Source: Deltaproteobacteria bacterium (GTDB lineage: Bacteria > Myxococcota_A > Polyangia > Polyangiales > Houyiibacteriaceae). Taken from it: 64,000 bases of DNA. The notes below the pieces were generated by a model. That model was not told where the DNA came from and made no database searches. It worked only from the letters and a program-made list of their open reading frames with translations. The DNA is taken from positions 988 through 64,987 of the forward strand of contig JAADHO010000118.1 in the NCBI GenBank assembly GCA_013151775.1, read 5' to 3'. The position numbers were made by a program, and so were the translations under genes. The first letter of the stretch is position 1. Every line of letters begins with the position of its first letter. Below, one piece after another: positions 53,161-64,000 of the stretch.

Positions 53161-56100
53161 CTCTCTCCCGCGAATCATCGCGGGCCCCATTGAAGCGTCG
53201 TATCCGATGAAGTGATACTCGCTGCCCTGGTGCGCTCTCTCCCGCGAATCATCGCGGGCCCCATTGAAGCGGATGGTCCAGAAAGCCATCGTCGATCACG
53301 AACCACGGCATCTCTCTCCCGCGAATCATCGCGGGCCCCATTGAAGCAAGCGATTGCTCGATCTGGCGATGGACCAGATCAACCTCTCTCCCGCGAATCA
53401 TCGCGGGCCCCATTGAAGCAGACCGGATGCCACAAGGCGCTCGAGGTGCCCTTGATCGCAGCTCTCTCCCGCGAATCATCGCGGGCCCCATTGAAGCAGA
53501 CTCCTCGACCAAGGCAAGTTGATCCGCCATGGAACTCTCTCCCGCGAATCATCGCGGGCCCCATTGAAGCATGGATGGGTGGTACTACCAGCGCGAAGAG
53601 GCAGTGATATCTCTCTCCCGCGAATCATCGCGGGCCCCATTGAAGCGTTCCCATCATCGATATCCGCGCTGGCGACGCCTCGCTCTCTCCCGCGAATCAT
53701 CGCGGGCCCCATTGAAGCGCATTCAGCAGTGTGATACTATCTGCTGATGCTGGTCTCTCTCCCGCGAATCATCGCGGGCCCCATTGAAGCTACTTCATCA
53801 CGTTGACAGAACTGCCGGTGGTTCCCTCTCTCCCGCGAATCATCGCGGGCCCCATTGAAGCTACCTGAGCCATGAAAAACAAATCATCGTCGACGTCTCA
53901 CACTCTCTCCCGCGAATCATCGCGGGCCCCATTGAAGCTGGGCGTGCTTCTACCTCGATTCCGCGCTGGGCAACTCTCTCCCGCGAATCATCGCGGGCCC
54001 CATTGAAGCACCTACGAGAGCGAGTGGGGCGAGCTGCCCGACGAGATCTCTCTCCCGCGAATCATCGCGGGCCCCATTGAAGCAGCATCTGCGCTGCCTT
54101 GGTGAGGCGGTCTTCTTGCGCCTCTCTCCCGCGAATCATCGCGGGCCCCATTGAAGCTTGAGCCACGACGCCAGCGAGTCCTTGAGCGCTGCGCCGCTCT
54201 CTCCCGCGAATCATCGCGGGCCCCATTGAAGCCGCAGCTCTTCGGGCTCGTAGCTCGACCTGACCCCCATCTCTCTCCCGCGAATCATCGCGGGCCCCAT
54301 TGAAGCTTGCGCGATTCGGGTGTGCTGTGACCCGGCGCGCGCGCCTCTCTCCCGCGAATCATCGCGGGCCCCATTGAAGCTCCGCGTCCACGAAGAGCAC
54401 CCAGCTCTGTAGGCCGCTCTCTCCCGCGAATCATCGCGGGCCCCATTGAAGCGCTATTCGCACGCGCTCGACCCGCCAGGTCAACCACATCTCTCTCCCG
54501 CGAATCATCGCGGGCCCCATTGAAGCGCCGTGCAGTACGACGTACAGCGCTCGCTCAACGTGCTCTCTCCCGCGAATCATCGCGGGCCCCATTGAAGCCT
54601 ATGGTGGTGAGAGGCGAGCGCATCGCTCGCCCGATAGCTCTCTCCCGCGAATCATCGCGGGCCCCATTGAAGCCCCCACGACGCGACCCAGCTACTCGCT
54701 CGAGCCGACTCTCTCCCGCGAATCATCGCGGGCCCCATTGAAGCGTCAAGTCCAGCGCGCGGGCAAACTCCTCTCCATAGACTCTCTCCCGCGAATCATC
54801 GCGGGCCCCATTGAAGCTAGAGCGCTGCGAGCGCCTTCGACACGGCAACCACCTCTCTCCCGCGAATCATCGCGGGCCCCATTGAAGCCGTTCCGGTCTT
54901 GCACTCGTCGAGAATCAGATTCCCGCTCTCTCCCGCGAATCATCGCGGGCCCCATTGAAGCTCGCGAGTGACGACCTCAGCCTGGTGCGCATCACGGCTC
55001 TCTCCCGCGAATCATCGCGGGCCCCATTGAAGCCGGGCTCGACTGAGTGCATCGCGGGCGGACTGGGTCCTCTCTCCCGCGAATCATCGCGGGCCCCATT
55101 GAAGCCTCCTTGTAGAAAGATGGGGACCCCCGCAACAGCAACCTCTCTCCCGCGAATCATCGCGGGCCCCATTGAAGCTCGGACTGGAACACCCTCAGCG
55201 CCTTGACCGTGCGCGCTCTCTCCCGCGAATCATCGCGGGCCCCATTGAAGCGAGCAGCGCAAGGCTCTCCTCGGGCAGCTGCACCACCTCTCTCCCGCGA
55301 ATCATCGCGGGCCCCATTGAAGCACCTCCTTGCGCCAATGTCTGCCGGGCGTCTTGGCGCGCTCTCTCCCGCGAATCATCGCGGGCCCCATTGAAGCGAG
55401 TGCGGCGGCGACCGTTGCTACGCGCCGCCCACCGACTCTCTCCCGCGAATCATCGCGGGCCCCATTGAAGCTCGACAATGAACGTCCCGGAATACCTGCG
55501 ATCAGTGTCTCTCTCCCGCGAATCATCGCGGGCCCCATTGAAGCCCGCACCCGGAGGGCCAGGGGCAGTGAAGGCCAGAGTCCTCTCTCCCGCGAATCAT
55601 CGCGGGCCCCATTGAAGCACTGACGTATGGAACAAGATGCGCGGGTGGCAGGGTGCTCTCTCCCGCGAATCATCGCGGGCCCCATTGAAGCAGCAACACT
55701 GTGACTGCGTTGGATGGGACCGCTATCGCCTCTCTCCCGCGAATCATCGCGGGCCCCATTGAAGCTCGCCAGTAGGAAGTCTCGTCGAGCTTGAGGATCT
55801 GGCTCTCTCCCGCGAATCATCGCGGGCCCCATTGAAGCCCGCTCGTCGTGCGCGACTCGGGCGTCTGATGGAGGGCTCTCTCCCGCGAATCATCGCGGGC
55901 CCCATTGAAGCCACACGTACGAGCAGCCCGCGCCAGCCCTTCTTTTGAAACTCTCTCCCGCGAATCATCGCGGGCCCCATTGAAGCGCCAGGAACATCAT
56001 CGCCGCCGCCTTGCCCTCCATCAGACCTCTCTCCCGCGAATCATCGCGGGCCCCATTGAAGCTCGGGATTGCTTGGGCGGTCATGAATCGCCAGCAAGCC

Positions 56101-59100
56101 TCTCTCCCGCGAATCATCGCGGGCCCCATTGAAGCACGGTTCCGGCCGCGTCCGTGACGGTCGACCACGAGCTCTCTCCCGCGAATCATCGCGGGCCCCA
56201 TTGAAGCATGTAGGGGCTGTTGCGGAGGAAGACCTGCAGGACGCTCTCTCCCGCGAATCATCGCGGGCCCCATTGAAGCCTCTTCCTCCTTCTCTTCCAT
56301 GAGAGTATCTACACGCCTCTCTCCCGCGAATCATCGCGGGCCCCATTGAAGCTTGTGATAGGGGAACATTCTCTCGATCCTCTTCCGAACTCTCTCCCGC
56401 GAATCATCGCGGGCCCCATTGAAGCCTCTTGTAGTAGATATCCAGAGCCCGCTTTTCCATGCCTCTCTCCCGCGAATCATCGCGGGCCCCATTGAAGCTG
56501 GGTGACGATTCCAAGGTGATCGGTCGCCAGGAACTCTCTCCCGCGAATCATCGCGGGCCCCATTGAAGCACTCCGAGGTGACGGTGCTGCGCGGAGCCGA
56601 GGGCCGCCTCTCTCCCGCGAATCATCGCGGGCCCCATTGAAGCCACGGCTGCGCGTGACGTCGCGTGCGCGCTGTGCTCCTCTCTCCCGCGAATCATCGC
56701 GGGCCCCATTGAAGCCCGCACAGTATCTCCCACGTGCCGCTGCCCAGCCGCTCTCTCCCGCGAATCATCGCGGGCCCCATTGAAGCGCCTCGAATCGACG
56801 TCAAGCGAGCCATTGTTGGATTCTCTCTCCCGCGAATCATCGCGGGCCCCATTGAAGCTCGGCGGTCACGAGCGAATTCGCGTCTGCTCCCGGCGACCTC
56901 TCTCCCGCGAATCATCGCGGGCCCCATTGAAGCGTCAAGTCGCGCATGAGCAAGGCCATGGCCGGAGGCCTCTCTCCCGCGAATCATCGCGGGCCCCATT
57001 GAAGCCCGATCAGTAGCGTCCGGAGCGTCGATCGAACGCGGGCCTCTCTCCCGCGAATCATCGCGGGCCCCATTGAAGCAACGATCGGTCCCGCGTTCCC
57101 GAGGTCCACGTTGATCTCTCTCCCGCGAATCATCGCGGGCCCCATTGAAGCGACATGACGGCAGTGAGCGCGACGAGCCCTCACGCCTCTCTCTCCCGCG
57201 AATCATCGCGGGCCCCATTGAAGCTTGCTCGAGGCCACGCCGGACACGGCCACGGAGCTGCTCTCTCCCGCGAATCATCGCGGGCCCCATTGAAGCGGCG
57301 AGTGGAAGATCACCAAGGTCAGCGACTACGGCACTCTCTCCCGCGAATCATCGCGGGCCCCATTGAAGCGAACTGAGGCGACGACTCATCCGCGCGAGTA
57401 GACGTCTCTCTCCCGCGAATCATCGCGGGCCCCATTGAAGCGACGCGCAGATCAACCCGATCATGCTCAGCTACGAGCTCTCTCCCGCGAATCATCGCGG
57501 GCCCCATTGAAGCTGTAGCCACATGCTGCGGACAGACGAGAAGCTACGGCTCTCTCCCGCGAATCATCGCGGGCCCCATTGAAGCCGCCGCCGCGTTTTG
57601 AGGTAGCTGAACTGCGTGACGGTCTCTCTCCCGCGAATCATCGCGGGCCCCATTGAAGCGGCTAGGTCTGGCAGGTCGGCCAGGCGTAGGTACGTGCTCT
57701 CTCCCGCGAATCATCGCGGGCCCCATTGAAGCTACCTGATCTCAATCATCACAGATCGCAAGTGGATCGGCACCTCTCTCCCGCGAATCATCGCGGGCCC
57801 CATTGAAGCGCTCACGCACATCAGATGACCCTGACCTCAGCGGCGCCCTCTCTCCCGCGAATCATCGCGGGCCCCATTGAAGGGTCGGGCTCTTGAGGCT
57901 GCCCTTTGCCGTTTGGTTTCTCTCTCCCGCGAATCATCGCGGGCCCCATTGAAGCAACTGGGACACCGTCGCGATGCTGATATCCGTGATGCCTCTCTCC
58001 CGCGAATCATCGCGGGCCCCATTGAAGCCGCGTGCAAGAGCTGGCAGACGCGTCGCACACGCGCGGATCTCTCTCCCGCGAATCATCGCGGGCCCCATTG
58101 AAGCTCTTCGTGCCCCGGTCGCCCGAGGCCGCGGATCAGCCTCTCTCCCGCGAATCATCGCGGGCCCCATTGAAGCTCGGCTCGCCGCCGCTGCCTCTGA
58201 TGTGATGCTCATGATCTACTCTCTCCCGCGAATCATCGCGGGCCCCATTGAAGCGCCACTGACGCCTACCCACTCGCCTACAACGCCCCCTCTCTCTCCC
58301 GCGAATCATCGCGGGCCCCATTGAAGCGCGTCGTGGCGCCCGGAGAGGTAGCCGATCACCACCTCTCTCCCGCGAATCATCGCGGGCCCCATTGAAGCGG
58401 ACGCTCGATCCGCGTTGGAACGGGTGGCGATCCCCTCTCTCCCGCGAATCATCGCGGGCCCCATTGAAGCACGTACGTCAGATTGCCGGCGCCATGGGTG
58501 TGCACGTCGTCTCTCTCCCGCGAATCATCGCGGGCCCCATTGAAGCGCTGTTAGGGGGCCGGCGACCATCATTGTCGAGGCTGCTCTCTCCCGCGAATCA
58601 TCGCGGGCCCCATTGAAGCCCGTCCACCCCAGCCGGGATATCGATCGTCACCCGAACTCTCTCCCGCGAATCATCGCGGGCCCCATTGAAGCTGCATGAC
58701 CGTGCGCGCGGCCGCAACCATGGCCTCCCTCTCTCCCGCGAATCATCGCGGGCCCCATTGAAGCACGGCGGCCATCAGGTGGCCCCGACGTGCGGACACT
58801 CTCTCTCCCGCGAATCATCGCGGGCCCCATTGAAGCGTCTCCTTCGCCGCGATGAACCGCCGTCGCGCCGCGACTCTCTCCCGCGAATCATCGCGGGCCC
58901 CATTGAAGCGCGATTTCGTAGGACATGAGATTCTCCGGCGGCTACTCTCTCCCGCGAATCATCGCGGGCCCCATTGAAGCGCCCTCTGCCGCGGCTGCCA
59001 CATCGGCTCAGCGCATCTCTCTCCCGCGAATCATCGCGGGCCCCATTGAAGCATCGGCGGCGGGATCTCAACGAGCATCTCTGATCTGCTCTCTCCCGCG

Positions 59101-62100
59101 AATCATCGCGGGCCCCATTGAAGCGCGGCCTCAGCATCGCCGAGCTACGGGGTGAGCCATCTCTCTCCCGCGAATCATCGCGGGCCCCATTGAAGCGTTT
59201 TTGAGCAAGCACTACACAGGCGTCATGGGTCACTCTCTCCCGCGAATCATCGCGGGCCCCATTGAAGCGGATGTTCGGCTGTATGCAGTCGCTGGCGATT
59301 GCGACTCTCTCCCGCGAATCATCGCGGGCCCCATTGAAGCATGCGCCGTCCGCCGCCGCCGCCCGCTCCTGCTCCGCCTCTCTCCCGCGAATCATCGCGG
59401 GCCCCATTGAAGCACCTCGTGTCGGGAGGTCTTGATGGTTGTAGTCATGACTCTCTCCCGCGAATCATCGCGGGCCCCATTGAAGCAGCCGACCTGCGCG
59501 GTGCTCGAGATGACGATCTCATCTCTCTCCCGCGAATCATCGCGGGCCCCATTGAAGCTACCAGAGCCTCGCGAACGCCGTGCCAGGCTCCAACGACTCT
59601 CTCCCGCGAATCATCGCGGGCCCCATTGAAGCTTTCAGTCATGACCCTATGTTGCCATACGCTCGAATAACTCTCTCCCGCGAATCATCGCGGGCCCCAT
59701 TGAAGCGTCAAGGCTCGCATGAGCAAGGCCATGGCCGGAGGCGTCCTCTCTCCCGCGAATCATCGCGGGCCCCATTGAAGCCTCTACTTCCTCACCGCTA
59801 CGCGGACAAGACACGCGCCTCTCTCCCGCGAATCATCGCGGGCCCCATTGAAGCAGCGCCGCTGCCACGATGCGCTCGGCCATCAGTCGACTCTCTCCCG
59901 CGAATCATCGCGGGCCCCATTGAAGCGGGGTACTTGGTCCATTGCCCGCGCCCCCACAAGCCACTCTCTCCCGCGAATCATCGCGGGCCCCATTGAAGCA
60001 GCGAGCAGGCGCGGCGCATGCTGCCGGACTACGCCTCTCTCCCGCGAATCATCGCGGGCCCCATTGAAGCCGCGTGGACGTGCGCGTAGGCCAGCGCGTG
60101 CGCCGCCTCTCTCCCGCGAATCATCGCGGGCCCCATTGAAGCCGCGCGTTGCCCCGTCGCATGCGTACCGCGGCCGAATCCTCTCTCCCGCGAATCATCG
60201 CGGGCCCCATTGAAGCCAATCGCGGTCTCGGCCGCTATCTCGCTGGCCATGCTCCTCTCTCCCGCGAATCATCGCGGGCCCCATTGAAGCATGCTCGAGC
60301 GCCGTAGGACGTCGAGGGCCTGCCTCACTCTCTCCCGCGAATCATCGCGGGCCCCATTGAAGCGCCACCTTCAGCGCAGCCTTCGCGATGGCGCGGAAGG
60401 CTCTCTCCCGCGAATCATCGCGGGCCCCATTGAAGCGCGCCGCCGTGGGCAGGTGGCTTGAGCAGCTGGAGACTCTCTCCCGCGAATCATCGCGGGCCCC
60501 ATTGAAGCCCGGCAGCCACCTTGTTCCTGATGCCCGTGTCCGCACGCTCTCTCCCGCGAATCATCGCGGGCCCCATTGAAGCGGAGGCGTCGACGATGTT
60601 CCGCTGTAGCCTGCGCAGCTCTCTCCCGCGAATCATCGCGGGCCCCATTGAAGCTCCCCTATGTTGGCTACCGTGGCAGCAGTCAAATCAGCTCTCTCCC
60701 GCGAATCATCGCGGGCCCCATTGAAGCGCGCGCGTCTATCTTGCTCCGCGTACCGATGGGCCCTCTCTCCCGCGAATCATCGCGGGCCCCATTGAAGCGT
60801 GATGATCAGCTGCGGACGCGCGCCGACCAAGCTGGCTCTCTCCCGCGAATCATCGCGGGCCCCATTGAAGCCAGGAGGTCCTAGACGCCATCCTCGAAAT
60901 CCGGAAGGACACTCTCTCCCGCGAATCATCGCGGGCCCCATTGAAGCCCGGGACCGCCGTCCCGAACGCATCGCGACCCGTGCGCTCTCTCCCGCGAATC
61001 ATCGCGGGCCCCATTGAAGCCCACCACACACCGACTGGACCGCATCCCTGAACGGATCTCTCTCCCGCGAATCATCGCGGGCCCCATTGAAGCGTGCCAG
61101 GCTACGTCTTCGGCGAGTACGCCGCCCGCGTGCTCTCTCCCGCGAATCATCGCGGGCCCCATTGAAGCCGCCGGGCGAGCGTTGCCCGCGTGCCAGGCCA
61201 GGTCCTCTCTCCCGCGAATCATCGCGGGCCCCATTGAAGCAGCGCAATCCGCAGAGCACGCCTGACCTCATCCCGCTCTCTCCCGCGAATCATCGCGGGC
61301 CCCATTGAAGCCGCAGTCGCGCGGCGAAGTCGGCGAAGAGCGTCTCCTCTCTCCCGCGAATCATCGCGGGCCCCATTGAAGCATGGAGAACAAGCGCCCA
61401 ATCGCCCGTGTAGACGAGACCTCTCTCCCGCGAATCATCGCGGGCCCCATTGAAGCCATCGGGAGGTGAGTAATGGCTGAGCCCGAGCTGCTGATCTCTC
61501 TCCCGCGAATCATCGCGGGCCCCATTGAAGCGTTTCGACGAAGAACCTTGATCACGACGTTCTCGTGCTCTCTCCCGCGAATCATCGCGGTCCCCATTGA
61601 AGCGCCCATCCGTACGCGATCCTGTCCATCGCTCTGCTCTCTCTCTCCCGCGAATCATCGCGGGCCCCATTGAAGCGCATCGCCGCGCAACGCGCGCGTC
61701 TGGGGGGCCTGATCTCTCTCCCGCGAATCATCGCGGGCCCCATTGAAGCCTGGGGGACGACGTCGCAGGCGCACTACACGAGCGACTCTCTCCCGCGAAT
61801 CATCGCGGGCCCCATTGAAGCAGCGTGCCAGAGCTCTTGTAGACCGCGTCAGCCACGAGCTCTCTCCCGCGAATCATCGCGGGCCCCATTGAAGCAGCGT
61901 GATCACGTCTCCTGCGATGCTCTTGATCTCGCGTAGCTCTCTCCCGCGAATCATCGCGGGCCCCATTGAAGCGTGTCCATGGCGTGCGCGATAGCCACGT
62001 TGGTCAGCTCTCTCCCGCGAATCATCGCGGGCCCCATTGAAGCGACGTGGGGCAGCCGGGGTGGCCTTTCACGGTGTCCTCTCTCCCGCGAATCATCGCG

Positions 62101-64000
62101 GGCCCCATTGAAGCACCGTACGCCACCACCGGCGGGACCGGCTCGAGGACTCTCTCCCGCGAATCATCGCGGGCCCCATTGAAGCGGGTTGCCGTCGGTC
62201 TTGCGCGCGCCGGTCGCGATCCTCTCTCCCGCGAATCATCGCGGGCCCCATTGAAGCAACAGCTGGGTTACAGCGGCCCTACGCTTATGGGGCCTCTCTC
62301 CCGCGAATCATCGCGGGCCCCATTGAAGCTTTGGGGATATGCCTCCCATGCGCGCCGCTGTAGCCCCTCTCTCCCGCGAATCATCGCGGGCCCCATTGAA
62401 GCCGTTCTGACGTCGAATCGATGCAAGCTCGACTCGCCGCTCTCTCCCACGAATCATCGCGGGCCCCATTGAAGCGCGTAGCCCTGGGCGAGGGCGATCA
62501 CCGGGACGATGCTCTCTCCCGCGAATCATCGCGGGCCCCATTGAAGCAAGGTCGGCGCGTTGACGTTCGGCGAGGCAACCTACTCTCTCCCGCGAATCAT
62601 CGCGGGCCCCATTGAAGCCCGAGCTTGAACCGAATGGCCGCGTCGGGGTTTCGCCGGCTCTCTCCCGCGAATCATCGCGGGCCCCATTGAAGCCGCAGCA
62701 GCGCGCACTCATTGACCATGCGGCCATTCTCTCTCCCGCGAATCATCGCGGGCCCCATTGAAGCCACGCCAGGACGTCGACAATCGCGCTCACAACTGAC
62801 GCTCTCTCCCGCGAATCATCGCGGGCCCCATTGAAGCTGCTACATGCAATCCGGCTACCTCTTCCCCTGGGTCCTCTCTCCCGCGAATCATCGCGGGCCC
62901 CATTGAAGCAGGAACTCCAGGTCAATGCTGCTAGGTAGGACACCGCTCTCTCCCGCGAATCATCGCGGGCCCCATTGAAGCCCGCCGAGCTGCTGAGCCT
63001 CCTCAGCGAAGCCTGCGACTCTCTCCCGCGAATCATCGCGGGCCCCATTGAAGCGTCGGCGGCGGGATCTCGACGAGCATCTCTGATCTGACCTCTCTCC
63101 CGCGAATCATCGCGGGCCCCATTGAAGCGGCGGCGTCCGTCGCTGCCATACCCACTACTAATGCATCTCTCTCCCGCGAATCATCGCGGGCCCCATTGAA
63201 GCAAGGTGGGCACGCTGACATTCGGCGAGGCGACCTACGGCTCTCTCCCGCGAATCATCGCGGGCCCCATTGAAGCAATCCTGCGGTTGCTGTCCAGTCA
63301 AAGCGGCCTCCTACCAACTCTCTCTCTCCCGCGAATCATCGCGGGCCCCATTGAAGCTTGGGCGCGGCCTTCTTGGTGGTCGAGGTTGACTCGGACTCTC
63401 TCCCGCGAATCATCGCGGGCCCCATTGAAGCTCGTGCGTGCAGAAGCCATCGTCGAGCTTGAACCAGACTCTCTCCCGCGAATCATCGCGGGCCCCATTG
63501 AAGCTCCGGGAGGCCGAGGCGACCACGCAGGCCCTCTCGACCACCTCTCTCCCGCGAATCATCGCGGGCCCCATTGAAGCGTTCAGCAGCAGGCGCGGAC
63601 CGATGCGGCGACGCACTCTCTCCCGCGAATCATCGCGGGCCCCATTGAAGCATGCCGGCCACGATGGAGGACAACCCACACCTCGACCCTCTCTCCCGCG
63701 AATCATCGCGGGCCCCATTGAAGCAGGGGCCCGAGGCCGTGGCCGCGGCGAGCGAAGAGCCCTCTCTCCCGCGAATCATCGCGGGCCCCATTGAAGCGGC
63801 TGGAGTTTGTCTGCCAGTCGCAGCAGTTCGGCGGCGCTCTCTCCCGCGAATCATCGCGGGCCCCATTGAAGCGCTTCCAGGATCGCTACGCGCCGGCACA
63901 GGAGGCTGACTCTCTCCCGCGAATCATCGCGGGCCCCATTGAAGCTGCGCGCTGCTCGATGTGCTCAGCGTGGCAGCGATCCTCTCTCCCGCGAATCATC
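53161..64000 (+). CRISPR. type I-G CRISPR array with a 36-nt repeat, 148 complete repeats plus a truncated 149th at the window edge, and 148 spacers
   Basis: Repeats were enumerated manually. Repeat sequence: CTCTCTCCCGCGAATCATCGCGGGCCCCATTGAAGC. It has a 7-bp stem CCCGCGA/TCGCGGG with a 4-nt loop and an ATTGAAGC 3' end typical of type I handles. Spacers are 35-45 nt. Variant repeats carry changes at 57883 (C>G), 61591 (G>T) and 62449 (G>A). Confidence 0.98.

Noticed and set aside
57080-57115. Spacer 54 (AACGATCGGTCCCGCGTTCCCGAGGTCCACGTTGAT) resembles the start of the triplicated element (AACGATCACTGGATCCGCGTTCAG), suggesting a self-targeting spacer.
   Set aside because: The similarity needs a 3-nt gap and further mismatches (7 nt, then 10/12). 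This is too weak for targeting and is probably coincidental.
53161-64000. Dozens of 60-210-aa ORFs in the six-frame track containing recurring peptides MGPAMIRGRE, LPRIIAGPIEA, SRESSRAPLK and SPANHRGPH.
   Set aside because: These peptides are translations of the 36-nt CRISPR repeat in different frames and strands. The ORFs are artefacts of the array.

Overview
This is a 64 kb window of very GC-rich DNA (mostly about 65-70% by eye). The gene content looks like Myxococcota: Hanks-type kinases and many lipoproteins with D/S/G-rich linkers. That taxonomic call is inference only.

Positions 1-36,100 look like ordinary chromosome. They carry housekeeping genes (nadA, mpl, moaB, sufE), two Ser/Thr kinases, a STAND-ATPase/winged-helix regulator, a LysM murein endopeptidase, a B12-type radical SAM enzyme, and a lower-GC cluster of three secreted beta-helix or glycan-enzyme-like proteins.

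Positions 36,200-64,000 form a defence-island-like region:
- a translationally coupled small-protein / ImmA-IrrE-type metallopeptidase pair
- a SEC-C protein and an orphan conserved hypothetical
- a WYL-domain regulator
- a truncated gene tail
- a DUF433 / PIN-like toxin-antitoxin pair
- a complete type I-G (formerly I-U) cas operon: cas3 with a C-terminal HD domain, csx17, csb1, csb2, a cas4-cas1 fusion and cas2
- a leader and a CRISPR array with 148 complete 36-nt repeats, by my manual count, that runs off the window edge

The observations I consider most worth following up are:
1. A solitary degenerate CRISPR repeat about 240 nt upstream of cas3, with its hairpin and 3' handle preserved. 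It could be an array relic or a crRNA-like regulator.
2. A triplicated ~110-nt element that forms the cas3 leader. One copy is accompanied by a duplicated 3' end of a WYL gene, which suggests nested insertions between the regulator and the cas operon.
3. Four pairs of homologous but diverged spacers that share the same 5' boundary and differ at the 3' end.
4. Spacer lengths ranging from 35 to 45 nt.

All functional calls rest on motifs read from the translations. No database search or HMM was run.
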